Under the pieces are notes generated by a model. That model was given only the letters and a program-made list of their open reading frames with translations. It ran no database searches and had not been told where the DNA came from. Source: Mobula hypostoma (taxonomy: Eukaryota). Taken from it: a DNA stretch of 64,000 bases. Position numbers and translations under genes: made by a program. Shown piece after piece: positions 60,979-64,000 of the stretch. Position 1 is the first letter of the stretch; each line of letters begins with the position of its first letter. The stretch covers positions 135,658,001 to 135,722,000 of the forward strand of contig NC_086097.1 of assembly GCF_963921235.1 (NCBI RefSeq), given 5' to 3'.

Positions 60979-61802
60979 AAGATGGCGCCAGTGAACAACA
61001 GGACCAACAGTGAGTCTGGCAAACCACTTACTTTACTTTTTCTTTCAAATATGATTCTACTACTAACCTGCGTACAGTTGGAATGTGTGATTTACATTTT
61101 GATGGTATGTTCTTGGGCTAATTGAGTAGTTTGGTGTTTTGTTATCTCTGTGGATTCACTGAGAAGTGTGATGCCTGAAGACCTGGAAATCTGGAGACGG
61201 AATGTGAACTCATGATTGACTCCTTTGTTTCTCTCCAATTGAAACGTTGAGCAATGTTGAAGTTGACAAAGACGAGAGAAGAGGACACGCAGACGCTCGG
61301 CGCCATCATCTGCATTTGACCAATCTTCCTCTCCTTCTTGCTATCTGCCGCCGGAGGAAAGTGCAGGAGCCTTGGGATCCACATTGCAAGGATCGGTCAG
61401 GAAGGCTCGTGGCTGTGGACTCATTTTGGGGGACTTTGAGATTTATGTTGCATGTGTTTCTGGATTCTGGTTACTCTTTTTTTGCTGTTTTTGAGCAACT
61501 TGATCGGGGTGATTATTCATACTGGGATGCTTGGGCAAAGACCAGCTCTGCAGTTTGCAGTCAGCTAGCAGTGCAGTGCTGAACTGAACTGAACAAAACG
61601 GAATACACCTGGACTCCTGGTTTGATGTTTGATATTCTATGTGCTGTTCGCTCACTTTTTGCTGTTTGTGCAATTTGTTCTTTCTTTGCGCATTAGGCAT
61701 TTGATATTTTCTTCAGACGGGTTCTGTGGTGTTTCCTTGTTCTGTGGCTGCTGTGGGGGAACAAATCATTGTATTCTGTATACATACTTTGATAATAAAT
61801 GT
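60979..61802 (+). mobile_element. Non-autonomous retroposon (AAGATGGCG head, Rex1-type tail)
   Basis: Starts AAGATGGCGCCAGTGAACAAC; ends ACTTTGATAATAAATGT; the tail resumes as GTACTTTGAAACTTTGAATC near 62126; the element splits a CR1 3' fragment. Confidence 0.6.
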
Positions 61803-62121
61803 TTCTCACCCTCTGCCTGCCACCTTGGTTGAACAGAGGAGCACATTTAGAAATAGACTAAGACAACTGTGCTGCTCCGAAGGGAGTTATACGAGGTCCT
61901 TCTTACCCTTGGCCATTAGGTTCTATAATGAGTCAATCTATAGCTGGGGAAGTGATGACACCCTCCTGTCAGATTGTTTTAGGTAACTTATTTTTTTATT
62001 CTTTCTTACTTCTCTTCTAATGTTTGTATATCTGTGCACTGTAATGTAACTGTGACACTGCAATTTCCTTTGGGATCAATAAATTATCTATCTACCTATC
62101 TAGCTATTTATCTATCTATCT
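61803..62121 (+). mobile_element. Rex1 LINE 3' fragment
   Basis: HPLPATLVEQRSTFRNRLRQLCC and RSFLPLAIRFYN; AATAAA followed by (CTAT)n tail. Confidence 0.85.
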
Positions 62122-63149
62122 AAAGGTACTTTGAAACTTTGAATCCTTGAGACTCTTTAGATAGGCACATGTTTGAAAATAAAATGGAGAGTTTTACGGG
62201 AGAGGAGAGTTAGATTAATCTTGGAGTAGGCACAACATTGTGGGCCAAAGGGTCTGTACTGAGTTGTGTTCTATGATCTACATCAATAACGCATATTTTG
62301 GTGAAAACACACCCAGGATACTGTGTGCAGTTTTAGTCTTGCTTCAGAAAGGATACTCTTGCAATTTAACAATGGTTCATGAGCTTTAGTCCTGAGTTGG
62401 CAGGAATGTCATCTGAACAGAGGTTGGATTTTCCCGTGCATTCACTTACGATTAAAAGGATGAGAGGAGATCTCATTGAAGTGTAATAAGTTCTTGACAA
62501 GATTTGACAGGCTGGTATTTAGGGAAGGCATTGGCCCTGATTGGAGAGGGGAGTTTAGAAGTTTAGATTACAACTTCAAAACTGGAGGCTTCACAGGGAT
62601 CAGGAGAATTTTTTTTCTCTCTGAGGATGGTTACCCTGGGGATTCACCACCACAGAAGACAGGGGAGGCCATGTCTCCTAATATAAAGGAGGAAGTAGAT
62701 TTCTAAATGGAAAAGGGATCAAGGGGTGTGTGAAGAGAGTGAAGAGATGATACTGGGATCACATCATGTTGAATGGAGGGGTAGGCCTCCTCCTTCTCAC
62801 ACATTTCATCACATTGGAGAGAGGGCACCAGTACCTCGAGGCTCATACATTTGAGTTCCTGACATCAATCATTGTGAAACATTGATTTTACACTGTGCTG
62901 CCTTATTGGAGCACACCAATGTTGAGTGCTCACCAGGAAGATCTGCTCAACAGGAAGAGTCTCCTTATGCTTTCAATTGCTGCTTATTGTATTAGTTGGA
63001 CCAGGGCTCTAATATTGGCATACATGTAGAGTACATGGGAGTTAGGCAGATAAGTCAAGTCTATTGTCATGTGCACAAGTACAATGGAAATACTCAGACC
63101 ATAAATTATACATAAATTATATAAGACAGTGAGGAAAAAAACAATGCTT

Positions 63150-64000
63150 GTTCATCACTGCCTGCCCTCAATGTGCTCTATCCAATTCTTCCAACCAGCA
63201 GCCCTCTGGGTTCCAGTGTTGCCACTGAACCCCTAACATTTGTGGTGTCACATTGCCATAGATTTCATCACGGGTTTTCCACCATGGTGACCAAGGTGAC
63301 CAATGATGAACCATTACTCCGAGGCAGCCCAGTTCATTGCTCTCCCCAAACTTTAGTCAGCCTCTGAGACAGCAGGCCTGGTTCGCCTCCACCGTTTCCT
63401 CAGGACTGGGGCCCATAATTCGTCTTCCACTTCTGGCAAGCCTTCTGCTCCCTCTTCCGCATCTCAGTGAGTTTGTCCTCTGGATATTATTTGCAGACCA
63501 ACTGTCAATCAGAAAGAGCCAATCAGCAAGTGGGGAAGTTTCTGCAATGCTTCACTGCCTCTAACCTTTCTACCGGGAAGAAGTATCTGTTCTGGGCTGA
63601 ACTGCCCTACATTCTACACATCTCATCTGCCACAGGTGCTTCATGGCCACCTGGCGAAGGAGCCAACACTGGAAGTCCTGTCCACCAGGGCTCTAGTTCG
63701 CTGATGCTGGAATGCTTGGAAGGGCATGGTAGGACATCCTAGCTGCCAACTGCACCTACTGCTGCCTGGCTAACCATCGTTGGTGCCCAGCCAGACCACC
63801 CTGGCCTGGGAGCCATGTCTGGCTGTCCACCTGAGATCTGCACTGTGTGCTGACTCCCGCAAACTCTTGCCCAGTTCATTGGTCCCTTTAAGATTACCCA
63901 TTGCATCAACCCAGTCACTTACCATCTCCAGCTGACACTGCCCCTCAGGGTCACACCTTCCTTCCGCATGTCCTGCCTCAAGCCAGTTTTCTATGGGCCA
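63150..64000 (+). mobile_element. Gypsy (chromovirus/sushi-like) integrase relic
   Basis: HIAIDFITG, LSSGYYLQTNCQSERANQ, LFWAE, VWLST, FIGPFKI, INPVTYHLQL (integrase core and GPF/Y motif); runs off the window end. Confidence 0.8.

Overview
Eukaryotic, transposon-saturated DNA with no recognisable host protein-coding exon. The repeat repertoire (several CR1/HER1-type LINE families, HE1/V-SINEs, Deu-domain SacSINE1-like SINEs, Rex1/Babar LINEs, Penelope remnants) points to a cartilaginous fish, probably a ray; this is inferred from repeats only. Main elements: a near full-length decayed CR1 with an SGNH-esterase ORF1 (4036-8273, -), several nested 5'-truncated CR1s, a young 5'-truncated L1 with a 13-bp TSD and one stop codon (48620-51927, -), three solo LTRs, Gypsy gag and integrase relics, an RTE relic, two Tc1-derived elements and a Tigger/pogo deletion derivative with a 111-bp-arm hairpin (58469-60011). 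The most interesting signal is a dispersed family of short Penelope-derived elements carrying a minimal hammerhead-ribozyme motif (CUGANGA-A-stem II-GAAAC-GUH) with a loop-less palindromic stem III, implying dimeric cleavage. Two copies keep an intact core, and one sits in a ~110-bp insertion with its own target-site duplication. All family names come from motif recognition by eye, not database searches; boundaries of old fragments are approximate.
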